The position numbers and the translations under genes were made by a program. The notes under the pieces were generated by a model, which was not told the origin of the DNA, did no database searches, and saw only the letters and a program-made list of their open reading frames with translations. A DNA stretch of 64,000 nt from Syncephalis fuscata S228 (Eukaryota > Fungi > Zoopagomycota): NCBI GenBank assembly GCA_025786725.1, contig JAHLTZ010000008.1, forward strand, positions 186,001-250,000, in the 5' to 3' direction. The stretch's first letter is position 1. Each line of letters opens with the position of its first letter. Below are positions 1 to 13,984 of the stretch, one piece after another.

Positions 1-3000
1 TGACGTATCACATCATCATCATCCATAACTATTTGGCTGTTTTAATACATTCACTATTTACTAACAACACGTTCTATGATGATGAGTATTTTGGTGCCAA
101 ATAACTTTTATTCTTTTAATTAATCTTTTATTATATTCGCTATTATACTGAATATATGTTCTATGATAATGAGTAGTTTTAGTATTAAATGATGTTGTTG
201 TTTTAATTTAAATACAATCTACGTCATCATTCTTTCCCTTTCTCTTTCTTCACGCTTAATAGTATATATTCATAGCATATACTTGTACACACCATATATG
301 CTACATAGATAGGGTAAGTAGTTAGCTGACTACTATTCAAGTACAAACACCTTTTACACTACGTCCTTGCATTGCTTTTTTGTAATCTTAAATTTTTATA
401 AATAATATTATACTAATGAACAATGTTAATCTGCATTATTGTCGCAGCTATATAGCATTTAAAACGTTGTATTTTAATGACTAATGTCACTCACTGCCTA
501 GTTCATGTTTAATGAAACAAATTTTTAGTTTAATACAATAAGTATTACTAAACTTAGTCATTTGATCTCTCTCCCCCTCAAGTTATGCTATAGTAATAAT
601 AAATTGCTCATAAAAACAGTTTAAATTAATAATGTTAAAATGAATAATTTAGGTGTAATTGTATTGAATATAACTGTTTGCAATAAATCTGTAAATGTGC
701 ATGTATAATACCATTGTTGTGTTATAGATTGCAATGCCATATTTTGTTTGTCATTGATATAAGATGGCACGCAGAATGTAATAAATGTAGAAAAAACAAC
801 CTGACATTTCAAATTGCAAGAATATTGGGATACAGAGATAAATATGTATAGTTTAAAGATAGAACAATACTTTTAAAAAGAAGTTATAAGAACAGACGGT
901 TATGGTGTCAAATTTTTGTGCGAAAAACAAAGCGACAACATTTGATTAAACTAGCACCATTACAAAGAAGAATTCAAGACATACATAGTCGAGTAAAAAG
1001 GTATCAATGGGATTTATAAAATAATGCCTACTGGTATGTAAAATATGCTTTTAATGAGTCTACCAATAAACAGTAATGCTTGTAAACATATTGTTATTAT
1101 TCTAATATTCTAGACAGGGTCTTGTAAAATATGGCCTAAAACATATTGTGCAATTAAGCAACATATTAAAATTAGATATGAAAGATCGTAACAATAACAC
1201 ATGTATATATATTAGATATTAGCACTAATTACTAGTAACAAACGATTATCACGAAGACACAATGACTAATTATTTGTTGTTTGTAAATATATTATTAATA
1301 AATATCAGAACTTAACACTACAGGAAAAATTCAAAATAATATATTGCTTGGTCATTTAAGTTGTAATTTCTTTAATTAGAAACGTAGCGATATACATTTT
1401 TATATAGGAGTTTCAAAACATAACGGAGGAATTTATCATTGTGCGATTTAAATTTAAAACCGTTTATTTTTAAAAAAAGTAAATCGTGTTTCAAGCAATT
1501 TGCTTTGCCTTGAAACGCCGTTTGCTTCAGTTTACTGTAAAGAAGGTGAAATTGTTATAAACTAATATTCGCTATGGCCTACATGTAAAGTAGATCTCAA
1601 CGGTGCTAATTGAGCTGTCTATTCCTTATTAACATAGATAAAAGCGTCTGTCTATCTATTCTATTGGATACAGCAATAGCGAAAAAGTCGAGCCCCTTTG
1701 CACATCATACATAAGATTTTAAAAATAGCTTTTAATTAATAGGAGCATTAGAATGCCGAAAAATAGCCAGGCAATCTACGGAAGTGGATAAAGTTGCGCA
1801 CAGACAGGCTACAAGGTAATATTGTAGACTATTGGTTAAATACCAGTAAACATTGACATTTGCAGCCAAGCACACTACACGATCCTGCTGAGAATTGGAC
1901 TTGAGTTACTGCATTCCACTTTGCTTGTGTAACATCATTTTGCGTCGGCGCAGAACATGCCCCCATTAAATGTACTGAGCGGATTGGCTTGCATGCCTAT
2001 AGCCTTAGATTGTTAATAAAACCCATTATTTAGCTAGACTATGGGCCCAGACACCTAGATTAATCATAAATGGGCACGACTAGAAGCTTCGACGTTTGCT
2101 AAATGTATTTTAATTGGCTCTATTAAAATTAGAAATCATAAACAGAACGCAAGCCCTATGCTACGGTTATTACAAGACGGTGAACCAGTCCTGGTTGAAG
2201 AACGAATATAGCGACGAGCAATGCCGAGTAGTCAATTAACACTCGCTGTTTTCGACACTTCCTCGACACATGTTTGGCTGCATTTAGCCATGTTCGCTGC
2301 AAATCCAACTAATGCAGAAACATGGATATGATACTTTTGACCGAATCACTGTCAGACGCGGCCTGCCTAATAGGGACAGATTTTAATTTACTCTAGAATG
2401 AACTAGCTAATGAGTTGACTAATCACAGTCCGTCATTGTGGCATGAATAGCATAGAAATAGAAATCATAGTCACTATGAACGATCGCTTCATATTCTACA
2501 CCGCGTGCACCACTATGAAAATAAAAATAAAAATATACGAGCAGCAATGCCACGACTTGTTGCTGGTAAAAAACTTGTTTATTATTCATATGAGAACATT
2601 AATGAACTGCACGCATCACAAACAAGTAAATATTCAATTTGTGCCATTTTTCACCATTTCATTAAATGATAATAACTAAGCTACAGTCTTAGTCTATCTG
2701 CCTTACCATTAATAACGATATCGCTGCATGATTCAAATTTCCGGTCACATCAGCAAGGATGTATGATAAAAGACGCAACTATGACCAATGAATGACTTTC
2801 ACCAGAATAAACGATAAGCAATCAAGGGCACACAAGCCTCGGTCGTTTTCAATCAAATGCTGCCCACTCTATCTCCCACTATCTTTCTCTTAATCTGTCC
2901 ATCTGGTCTATCTTATTTGCTGGCGCATCGCTTAACCTATTTCTCTAGGGAGCTTGCGTGCGTTGCTGTTTTGGTTCAAGGGTCTCCAAATCAACTCAAT

Positions 3001-4548
3001 ATACTGTCATCCATTCTCCGCAATGAGCTTGGTTCATCCCGAGTGGCTCGTAACCATTTTGGGCAAAGATTCGCGCATGCTAAACCCATGTGTTTTGGAT
3101 CAAATAGGTATGCTCGCCCTGTTTGGTCGACTCCAAGCACGGTCAGCCTATGCCGTACGATACGTTGCGCCTCCTCGCAACAGCCGGAAGAAACAGCAGA
3201 AACAACCTTCACTAGCCTTTACCATTACAGCAGTAGTACTGGGTGCCATCAATAACAATAGCAATAACAATGATGCTGATAATAACAATAAACATTTATT
3301 ACAACAATGCCGATGATGATTGAATAAAAATGCCATGGCACTAGCTTACATCTACATAATTAATAGCCAGCCAACCAGCAGCCAACGCGGCAGCATATTA
3401 CTTTGTAAAGCAAAGCAGTCCACGCATGTGGCGTCGTGTGCAAGAATGTTGCAGCTCTAATTATGCGCAAACATGTTAGGCAAAAGTTGTGACGAGTGGG
3501 TGCCCAAGCAGCTTGCAATTGTCATCAAACAAACATTAATGTAGCGGTGACACACGGATAACCATTCCATAAAGTTGGCCTTCTACTTCTCTTCTCTCCT
3601 CGCCTCTTTTCACCTCTGGCTCTCCTCGTACTATTGCGCTCACTCGCTCATTACATACTCTCATATTACCTTGTCCTTACTCCTTCTTCGCTCTTATTCT
3701 CGCTCTTTCTCGCGCTTACTCGCCCACTCACTCGTTCGCTCTCGGTCTTTACTCACTTGCTTAAACTGTCCCATTGGTTCTATATTTACGGCCTTTTGCG
3801 CGCCTTCAGCCAAGCTTGTTGCATTCCTCATTTCCACCAAAAAAAGTCGTTATTATAAGTTTCCCCTTTGGAACATATTCACTGCGGAGCTTTTCTTGTT
3901 AGCCATAATTAATTTGCAGGCAATTCAAACTCAATAACTTTTAAAGCCGTGGCCAAGCCATAAACCACCATCACCATATTTACCGAACCTCTTATTGAAC
4001 TATATCCGTGCCCTTGCTACGCTTTCCAAATACTGCCAATTTTACCAATTTGCCCCGCTATTAATATCACTACTATTGCTTTTATCACTGATAGGAGTAA
4101 TAGCATTAAAAGTATTAGTAGTAGATTATTGGTACAATATAAAGGCACCGAACGTGATCTTTACGGTTTACTCGCTTATTTTTCTTTATTTCCTAGACAA
4201 GCCGTAAGCATAAAAGCTCAGATTGTTCTTTTTACACTTTTTTAGCACTTTAACACTAACATTTTATCGCATCGTCATCATTATTGGCTATTCTAAACCA
4301 TAGTGCTATCACTTTTTTATTTTGCTCTGCTTATTTTTCATAAATTTGCTTGCTACACTTTTTCAACGCTTTGTTTCCGCCTTTCTGCCTGATAACTTTG
4401 AACGTCTCGGTTTGACAACGACAACGCTCGTATTGATTGAAGATCTAGTATAACTGACTATTAGTACTATTAATAGTATTATTAGTAATCATCAGTATCA
4501 TTAATATATCATTAGTACCACCACCAATATTGCGGGCATCATTACTTG

Positions 4549-6309
4549 GTAAGTTTATAATTATCATTTTGTTATTGTAGCTTGTGTGTTTTGCATATGT
4601 TTCAAGTCATCAGTATCCACTAGCAATGACTCATTGCTGCTATTTTTTCGTGTTTGCGTCGCATTCTTCTTTACACGAATATAACTTTATCCAATTTGCG
4701 GTATCCGATGTTACATTATGTCTACGATGATGACATTGTGGAAGGCCTGTAGCTTGCCAAACTTGAAAAACATAATGTTCCACGTTAGCGTTCTCTTAAC
4801 CTGTGTTTCAAGTCGATTCAGTATGACTTCTATGAATTTGGCCTTTTCTTTCCAATGAACCGTATGATAGTGAGCGCTTTTTCTATTGGTAAACACCAAG
4901 GTATACTATCGTTTTTCCATAGTTTCATAGTCAACACATGTTGTTATTTCCTCATGCAATATTCCTGTTTCCGCCATTTCACATGAGTTTTTAATCCAGT
5001 CTTTCTTTCCTATGATTGGAAAACCTGGGCTTTTTCATAAAACCGAGCTCGCCTATTGGCAACTACAACTCAAACATTAAACATGGGCGATCTTTACTAC
5101 TGTTTTCATTTATGGCAAATTCGGCAGACAAACCGGTATTTATCTGAGTAACATGCTGACTATGTACATTCGGCATGGCACAAATCATGCTTGCCGTCTA
5201 TTGGCACACACATCCCTCCCTCCATTACTATCATTAAACTATGCATGTGCATGTGGATAGGCGAATAGGATGAATGAATGAACAGTGGACGGATGGATGG
5301 GTCACGGTACTACTATAATGACTACAACTCGTTTATTAAGTGCCATTTCCACACACACAGTCATTTCGGCAATGGTGACTGCCATGCAATACTAAGCATG
5401 TCGTCTAATAATGCTATACACTTGTTAAGCTATTTTTAAACCATTGTTATGCATGCGTTGGTACATGTGTTGCCTTTGCAATCATTTTAACGAGCAAGCG
5501 AGCAATGTCGGCATATGGTTCATCGCGCTTGTCAAGCAAGCTAGTGCCTGTGTACATGTACATGTGGGTGTGTAGTGGTGTGCGGTGTGCTTATGTGCGT
5601 GCGTTTACTTGTAACCGCCTGTGCAAGGTTGGTCACAAGTAAAAGCGGAGAAAGGACAAAATATGTACACACATTATTATGATAGAGACGGAAATAGAAA
5701 ATACGACAACAAATTGCCTGTTCGGTTTCATCAATTCCCAAGCATATCACGTTCTGTGATGCTTGGACGTAAACGTGCGTGTGTGTGTACACGCCGACTT
5801 TTAATTCCGTTGACCAGACTGTAGGCTACACAAACATTTCCTCTGTCCCTCTTTGCCTACCATACTTCACCCTCACTCTGATTAATCACGACCGGCAAGT
5901 GGTACGTACGCGAGAATGTAATTTGCCGAAATTTTCATCCCTGTGATATTTTCCTTATATTGCCCGTTATTTTGGACATTGGTCAAGATGTTAATTATCG
6001 CTTTTGTCTATAAACAACATTGATTGCTTGCGTATTTTTTAAGTGACTGTGCTTTCTTTATCTTTGCTCTATTCACTGCTATTACTCTATTCATTTGTCG
6101 TCTAGTTTAGTGTCATCTATCTATCCATCTCTCTCTCTCTCTCACACATCGCAACTGAGTTCCAATTGATTATTCATCTCATCGATTTACACTTTTTATA
6201 CCTCCGATAACAGCACCTGACCTGCGGTCATTGTGTACAAATTGTTGCGTTGAATTTGCGCGCACGTTCATTTCCTTTTTCTAATTCCTTCCTTTCTTCA
6301 CATACGCAG
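4549..6309 (+). other. Putative large 5'-UTR intron upstream of the homeobox gene
   Basis: Donor GTAAGT at 4549. CTAAT, a polypyrimidine tract and CAG end at 6309. No credible ORF lies between. The pairing of these two sites is inferred. Confidence 0.3.
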
Positions 6310-6987
6310 ATCGACATTGCATTCAACGAAGAAAGCTACTACTACCCATCATATAACAGTAGTAGTATAGCTATAGTGGGCCGTTCTAAATTATCGTCTA
6401 CTTTCTCATCTGATTTGTTATTAGTCACTACATCATTATTACCATACTCTGTTATCGTCAGTAGTTCGTCATTATTGAACACCATTTTACCACATCACAT
6501 CCTTCATTTTACTGCTCACCTTCTACCATTGTTCTAGTGCAGTGGCCGGTAACCTGCATCTCTATCGCAGATTGTATTCTTTTTTACTTGGCAACTGCAA
6601 GCTCAGTAACAGCTTTTATTTGTGACTCTGTCGTATAGCACAGGCCTTGTTCGGCAAAAACGCTTACACGTGACTGCGTACTTGCATAATTATTATCGTT
6701 CGGTATTTTCGAGCAATATAACTGCTATAAAGCACGCATACAAGTCGACAAAGATTGGCTGCGGTTTATTTGATAACAGCAGCAACTATCTGTCGTTTAA
6801 GTGTCTTCATCTGCTTAACTTTGGCACGCATTTACATCTTGTAATTACCTTTAAATTCGTGGCCAATTTTATTTTTTTCTTGTATACACTACATTTTTTG
6901 AAGCATCGTTGCTTCTGCTTGTACACCTAACGGCATTTGTACTTACTATATTGATTCCTTCGTGTGTGCTACCATTTACTATTACTA

Positions 6988-8804
6988 ATGGATACTGCCA
7001 TTTCTATTCGCCCTTTACCAGCAGATATTAAGCCCATTCCATCGTCGATTATTGTCTCTATCAACAATAATAACAATAGTAGCAGCCGTATTCACAGTAT
7101 GTCGTCGAATCTGTCCGCTTTATTACCAAAAACAACACCTATTCTACCATTGCCACAGTCTGCTTCTATGGTGTCAGCATCAATGATGAACGACGGCAAC
7201 GGCACCGACCACGACGTATCCATGGCCGACGACGATTCATCCTTGCGTCGTCGTCGTATTAGCCCGGCACAGCTGGCTGTTCTCCGGCGCGTTTACAATG
7301 AACGTACAAAGTATCCAGTCGTGGCACTACGCAATGAACTAGCTGAAAAACTCGGCTTACGTCCTCGTATGGTACAAGTATGGTTTCAGAATCAACGACA
7401 GCAAGAAGCAACAAAACGTCGAGAGCAAGAACGTGACCGCGAGCGACGCGTGTTTGAACGTGAACATGCACGCATGCATCAATTGAACATCAACGCAAAT
7501 CACGCGGCCTCTCGTCTACCATTGCCACACCCCATCTACACTGCTCGTCCCATGTCGCATCCAATGGCGGTTGTTGCACCAGCTGTAGCATCAATGCCAC
7601 TTGAACGAGTACCTACCACGCCTGCGGACCATGTTATCACACACTGTGATGGCTCGCGTCATCCACCACCGCTAGCGCGTACAGCTGATGGTCGTATTAT
7701 TCGCGGCTTCCCCGTACCCGTTGGCTTTGTGCCTTCCGATGTTTTCCGCCCCTGGTCATATGAATCTGCTCCCAGCTGGCGTAACTCAGAACCACCAACG
7801 GCCAAGAATTCGCGCCGTCGCCGTCGAGTAACCGTTTCAGGCGGCGATACCCCGATGTCACCTATCCAGCCGATGATGGGAACAACCCATATCATGCGTA
7901 CTCGCACGGCTGAGCGGCCACTACTTGAAGATACACCGATTGGTTTGATGAATGCAGGTATTCGACGTCGTCCACGTCGGTCCAGCGGTCCAGCTCGTCC
8001 ACCTTGGGTTGACCACTTGCCTGGAGATGCTCGTATCTCGACACTAACTGCATCACTTGCTCCACCTGTAGCACATCATCAGCTACAACAGCAGCAGCAT
8101 CAACGTCCCACTTCAATGTCAACGGCTTACATGTCGCCATCCAGTACATCTCCATTGCAACGCCATTCGTTATCTGCATCATCCGATAGATCATCACAAT
8201 CTATTCACACCGCTATGGTGTACCAGTTGACAATACAGCATCCGCCTGTACCGATCCCTATTGTCGTTCTTGCCCGCCTAAACCAGCATCAGCTGCATCT
8301 TCTTTTGCATCACCGATGCAGTATCATCAGCAACAGCAGCGATCACAACATCATCCAAGTACATGCCAAGGTCCTTGCTGTCATCCATCAAGATATGCTA
8401 GAGTGAATGCTCATCCATCGCCGCCCTATGGTGCCCTCCCACCGCCACCAACATCGTCGTCATCGTCGGCATTTAGATCACATTCATCCCCTCACGCCTA
8501 CTCGGCTATGAACAATGGCAACTCATTTGGTAGACCAGTACCACCACCATCCACTGCTGTCAATACTAACATGTCCATTCGATCCTCTATGCCTATGCCA
8601 CCCACTGCAATGCATTCATCACGCTCCAATTCAATCTCTTCTGGACCATTGCCTATCCATAGATTGAATCAACAGCAACAGCAACAGCAACGCCACTATC
8701 AGCATCATCCAGCCCATTCTATAACGCATGGTCAATCTTGTCTTGCTGTGATAACACCTACCCAATGGATGGTGTTACCACTGCCTATTAATAACATCGC
8801 TTGA
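6988..8804 (+). CDS. Homeodomain transcription factor with a low-complexity, Cys-cluster C-terminus (apparent 1-nt frameshifts near 8205 and possibly 8740)
   Basis: Homeodomain RRRISPAQLAVLRRVYNERTKYPVVALRNELAEKLGLRPRMVQVWFQNQRQ. Coding-like sequence continues in the frame of ORF 8316..8804. Confidence 0.85.
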
Positions 8805-9340
8805 TGTTAAACTAATTGCTGTGGTACATCAATACGTACAGGATACGCTATAGTGTATAGGCGATGTTCACGCTGGCGTGATTAGTCTCTCGCGCACTCT
8901 CCTTCATCTAACAAATGCATTGAAGATTATACTTGTTTTTCTTTTCTTGTCCCAGCTAGCTCTATAAGCTATTTTTATAGAACTATACCCATACCAATCT
9001 GTATACGCATGTATTTATATTTATACTATATGCTATATACTATATTATAATATACATAGTATACTATTGGATGGGCCTTTCCTTTATTCCTTTTATCCCG
9101 CCTACTCTATTATCATTGGATCTTAGTATCTTCTTTTATATTACGATTATATGCGGTTTATATTACTTTTATTTGCTTTATTGTTGTGCCGCCTTTTTGA
9201 CTTTTACTATTGTTATAATTCTTTACTGCGTCAGTATACCTCGTTATTTGTCTGTATAAACGTATTCGACGTAGCAAGCCTCAATCATCTTTGATGACTT
9301 GTATATCGTTTACTACACTAATTAATATCATTAAATTTCG

Positions 9341-10180
9341 GAGCTACTGTACTTTGACTCCCACATTTTTATTTACTTATTTCACCATCTTATCGCTATT
9401 TTATTGTTCTATTTGATAATATATTATATAATAATGTTGAATATGACAATATAAATAGCATGCGTATTTGAACATCAATAAAAACACTATTCAATCCCTA
9501 GTCTTTATTTCTCTTATTTTACATTAACACTTGTTCAAGTAGCCTCAGCGGCATGCCATATATTCTGGTTACAACTGTCGCCACAAGATGTTTCTGGGAA
9601 TACACTTAACCTATCATTTTGCATATGGTGGAGGCCATTTGCTTCATCGATGATCGGTAAATAAACTGCACCTATTAAGTTGATATTAAGAATGCTTAAA
9701 AGAATGGTAAACATCAGAAACGCTAGTCTCCTATCTTTTTGTCATCATAGACAAGTATTTTACATCGCAAATATGCCCAAATGCAACAGTAGAAGATTGG
9801 AAAATAAAAAAGATCATTCAAACGCAAAGAAACCACACTGTACATAGTAACAACAATAACAACTGCGAAATGACATGGAATCGTAATCAATGGTTTCTAT
9901 TAATAGTCAATCAATCTTTCTACGCATGGCCAACAACAATAATCAACCAAATATTTCAATAAAATCAAATGGAATGTTACATTATTTATTTAAATGCATA
10001 ATATTATTACTAATGCAATGCTCTGTTACAATCAATTTTATTTTATAACAACGATAATGTTATATTACATTAATATTTATTGTAAATGATCATTTAAACA
10101 CAATTTAATCTAATCAACTCATTACAATTAATTGCGTAAAATGGTTTGCTGCTTTGGAAGGAGAGGAGGAATTAAAGTAG
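9341..10180 (+). mobile_element. Non-autonomous TIR element (MITE-like family A), copy 1
   Basis: 9341-9690 and 9950-10160 closely match 31837-32430. 9760-10150 matches the reverse complement of 58240-58645. Left end is GAGCTACTGTACTTTGACTCCCACATTT; the right end is degenerate. Confidence 0.7.
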
Positions 10181-10297
10181 ACATCAATCAAAATTAATTC
10201 ATTGCAATCAACTAATCACACTCTGCTTTCTACCGAATACTCGCTGCCACCACTCTTTGTCTATTCTACTTGTTTGTCTTAACAATTTAATATCACC

Positions 10298-10435
10298 ATG
10301 AAACTTTCTATTGCCGTCATTTGCACTATCCTCGTGGCTCTTGTGGCCACTACAGCCATGGTGGATGCTGACCAGCCAACTCTAACCCGTCGCGATTCTC
10401 TTGCTACTGTTAGTCCATCTCCTCCTATTGAATAA
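10298..10435 (+). CDS. Intronless 45-aa secreted peptide precursor MKLSIAVICTILVALVATTAMVDADQPTLTRRDSLATVSPSPPIE (micro-exon gene family paralogue)
   Basis: CACCATG start, 24-aa hydrophobic signal ending VDA, dibasic RR, TAA stop. The signal aligns without gaps to 22402-22472, and the 3' UTR is homologous to 39909-40163. Confidence 0.75.
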   Translation: MKLSIAVICTILVALVATTAMVDADQPTLTRRDSLATVSPSPPIE

Positions 10436-10745
10436 CCAATACTTTCAAGACAACAGCAGTGGTAATCTAATTGAACTACTAGTTCAACAAACTTTAGGTA
10501 TATATTCGGCAAAAGCAAGACCCTTCGACAGCTGCCGTTTAGCCCATTTATACATCAAGTTTCAGCCAATGCTTCAGCTTATTCGCCATTTAAGTGATGG
10601 CATCATCATATTATTAACAAGTTTGCAATTAGTCGTTTCTATTCAGCTATGCAAAATTGTAGTAATAAAACATGTTTCCATTTAAAAAACTATTTCCGTC
10701 TTTTTAACTAATAAATCTATTACACTTTTCCGTTTATTTGTTATT

Positions 10746-11758
10746 ATGTCTACACCGTCGGGTTCACGGCCTAGAGGCAAACGTAATACTCGAGATTCCC
10801 CCGAGGTACGTCTCTCCAAAGCCTTATCATATGTACTGCGACATGGTGCGATAAAAGAGGGAATATCTATACGACCTGATGGCTTTGTTGCAATCAGTGA
10901 AATAGTAAGTAGCTAGTATATATATATATATATAGTACTTGTTTAACCAGTACGGTACTATTAGCTATCATTACCGAAATTCAGATCCTATACAATAACA
11001 GATATTCGGAATGTAGTTGTAAACAATAGTAAACAGCGATTTACACTATGCCGTCTATCAGATATTGATACTACAATAAACAGTGAACCAACAGTACCAA
11101 TAAATAGTAAAGAAGAGGAAGATGCTATTGATAATATAGCTATATGGTGGATTCGTGCGAATCAAGGCCATTCACTAGCCAGTATCGATAAACTTATCTT
11201 ACACCGATGACCGATCCAACTGAATTAGCCACTATCGTTCATGGTACATATTATCGATTCTGGCCTTCTATTGGTAAGTAACTAGATGATTATAACAATA
11301 CACTGTTATACTATATTTATACTGACTATTGGCTAGCTCGGAAGGACTACGCCGAATGGCACGTAATCATATTCATTTAGCCATTGGATTGCCGGGTAAA
11401 AATGACGTTATTAGTGGTAAGTTATTTAGTATAATTATATATTACAGGTATTTATTAATATTGCTGTATTATCATTCCATAGGTATGCGTACTACTTCAC
11501 AGCTCTATATTTACATTGATGCTGCCAAAGCAATGGCTGGTTAGTAACTATAATTTATACAATATACTGTTTCTAATGCTATCAGCAGAGGGTATCCAAT
11601 TCTTACGTTCATCTAATCAAGTTATTCTTACAACAGGTGAAGGAGACACGGGCACTATACCTATCCGCTATTTCTCCCGTGTTGAAGATAAAGAAGGCAA
11701 TGTGCTTATGCAAGATGGCCAATTACTGGTTGAATTGAATGAAAAGTTATCTGATTAA
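10746..11758 (+). CDS. TPT1: tRNA 2'-phosphotransferase (Tpt1/KptA), multi-exon
   Basis: Motifs SKALSYVLRHGA, KQRF, IRANQGHS, HGTY, RNHIHLA, SSNQVILT. One apparent 1-nt deletion near 11200. Confidence 0.92.
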
Positions 11759-12021
11759 TCTATAAATGTATTGAATACAATCTATGCTACAATATGTCCA
11801 TCGATGTGTGGTGTGATCAAATGAATGAGCCAATCATCACTGATGAATAATTACAATTTCATATACCAATAGTATTGTTTTTTTGTCTTGACATGTTATT
11901 CATTCCTTTCTTTTAACAGTGACCTCTCTCTTTCTTTAACTCTTTCACTCTATCTATCTATCTATTTGCCTATTGATTTATATAGTTTAAAGGCAAAGAA
12001 TTAAATCAAATTGATTGCAGT

Positions 12022-13047
12022 ATGGAGTATGTATTGCATTATAGCGATGTACTATTCTTCGATCATGTCTATGGCGCGGCTGTCAATGCACTCCGATATG
12101 GCGCGGCTTTAGCTACTGGCCTAGAATTAAATTGTGCTTCAGCTACTGAAGGTGTCGTCAATACCACGGCCGGTACTATTGGCACACTATTTAACGGTGG
12201 CTGTCCCGCTAATTACATGCCCGAATCCACTCTACTGCTTACACAACTATTACCAACAAGTCTACACTCGACTATTCCGTATTTACCAGACTTTACATCT
12301 CGCGATAATACTTATCGTCAAATCATATCACTCTATTTAATTACAGTGACATTTGGCCATTTACTTTACTACTCGGTGGCCTCTTTGTCTTTTCGATTCA
12401 TTTACGACAAGAACCAATTGCACCATCCACGATTTCTTCAAAATCAAATAGAATTGGAGAAAGGTGTGGCCCATAAAGCAATGGGGCCTATGGCCTGGGT
12501 GACTGTGCCGTGGTTCTACTTTCAACTACATGGCCATAGTAAGTTATACGATCGTGTAGATGATTACGGCTGGACCTGGCTACTATTTAGCATGGCCTTC
12601 TTTATCTTTTTCACTGATATGATGATCTACTGGATTCATCGTGGACTACACCATCGATGGGCCTATACTCCTCTTCACAAACTACACCATAAATGGATTG
12701 TGCCAACACCATTTGCCTCGCATGCTTTTTATTTCATGGATGGCTATCTACAATCTATTCCTTATCATCTATTTGTCTATCTATTTCCACTGCAGAAACT
12801 CGTCTATCTTGGTCTATTTGGCTTTGTTAACGTTTGGACGATTCTTATTCATGACGGCGAATACTTTACCGATAACCCGGTCATTAATGGTGCGGCACAT
12901 CATACTGTGCACCATGAACAGTTTAACTATAACTATGGCCAATACTTCACACTATGGGACCGTATTGGTGGCACATACCGTGCTCCAGAAGAGTCAGTAT
13001 TTAATCGCAAGGAAATGCTTAAGAAAATGCTGGCAAAAAACACGTAA
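12022..13047 (+). CDS. ERG3: Sterol C-5 desaturase
   Basis: His boxes YWIHRGLHH, HKLHHKW and HHTVHH; TPFASHAF; NYGQYFTLWDRIGGTYR. Confidence 0.93.
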   Translation: MEYVLHYSDVLFFDHVYGAAVNALRYGAALATGLELNCASATEGVVNTTAGTIGTLFNGGCPANYMPESTLLLTQLLPTSLHSTIPYLPDFTSRDNTYRQIISLYLITVTFGHLLYYSVASLSFRFIYDKNQLHHPRFLQNQIELEKGVAHKAMGPMAWVTVPWFYFQLHGHSKLYDRVDDYGWTWLLFSMAFFIFFTDMMIYWIHRGLHHRWAYTPLHKLHHKWIVPTPFASHAFYFMDGYLQSIPYHLFVYLFPLQKLVYLGLFGFVNVWTILIHDGEYFTDNPVINGAAHHTVHHEQFNYNYGQYFTLWDRIGGTYRAPEESVFNRKEMLKKMLAKNT

Positions 13048-13169
13048 TAGATGTGAACAACAACAATAATATAAATATTGTATGAAGGAATAGTTTTAAC
13101 CATATTTTACTTAATCACAATCATAATAAAATCAGCTTATGCTTACAAATGTATTCTTTTTGTTCAACT

Positions 13170-13855
13170 CTAATTGACTATTTTTTCATCTATTGGTGGT
13201 GTCGATGGTGCAGATATCGGCGTTGATGATGCTGATGAAGACCATAAACGAATTATCCAATAGATTATAAAGAATGCCATTACGGCTATTAATGACAATT
13301 GGCATGTGCGTCGATGTCTACCAGATGCTGTTGTTATGAGTCGTCCTAAACGTCGTCGCGTACCGCCCAAAGCATTGCCAAAACGGCTAAATACTGAACT
13401 CTATAAATAATAACATTATTACTATGCCTCTATCCTTATACATTTACTTACACTGGTATCAAGTGCCCTATTCTGTTCATTGACCTCATCATGGATACCA
13501 ATGGTGATCTAATAGAGTTGATAGTTAATAGTTAGTAATTATATATATAATACATAGCAATAGTAATTATATCGTACACGATGAAGTGTAGATACACGAT
13601 TGGCCAATAGATCCAGTTGTGTATCATTCTGTCGTTCTAGCAGCGTATCCTGTTCATATTCTTCGTTGCCTAGTTCACTTTCAAACTTTGAACGCTGTCG
13701 TGATGACGGTAGACTGGTCTCCGGACGATCAGAATTACCACCAAACAGTAGATTGCGTGACGTAGTGTCATTCCTGCCGTTGAATACGAATAACAAACAA
13801 TTCCACTGGTTAAATAGATTAATATATGAATAATAAGCAGTTACCAGGTTGTCAT
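13170..13855 (-). CDS. Qc-SNARE, Bet1/Sft1-like, multi-exon
   Basis: LERQNDTQLDLLANRVSTLHR-ITIGIHDEVNEQNRALD SNARE motif followed by a C-terminal transmembrane segment. Confidence 0.8.
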
Positions 13856-13984
13856 TATCAATAATAATGAGTAGTTGGTAGAATACAGAAGAGAATCAAT
13901 ATAGAAAGAGGTTGTATTGTTTTGTAAACAATTTTAATGCACTGGCTTTCTTTTCTTTAAATCTGCCCTTAAACACTTGTTAAT

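Noticed and set aside
2443-6930. Short ORFs upstream of the homeobox gene
   Set aside because: Mostly non-ATG starts, low complexity and no domains; probably UTR or regulatory DNA.
10401-10685. ORFs 10401..10685 and 39881..40114 as a homologous protein pair
   Set aside because: Protein similarity breaks at an indel while DNA similarity continues. It is better explained as the shared 3' UTR of the peptide gene family.
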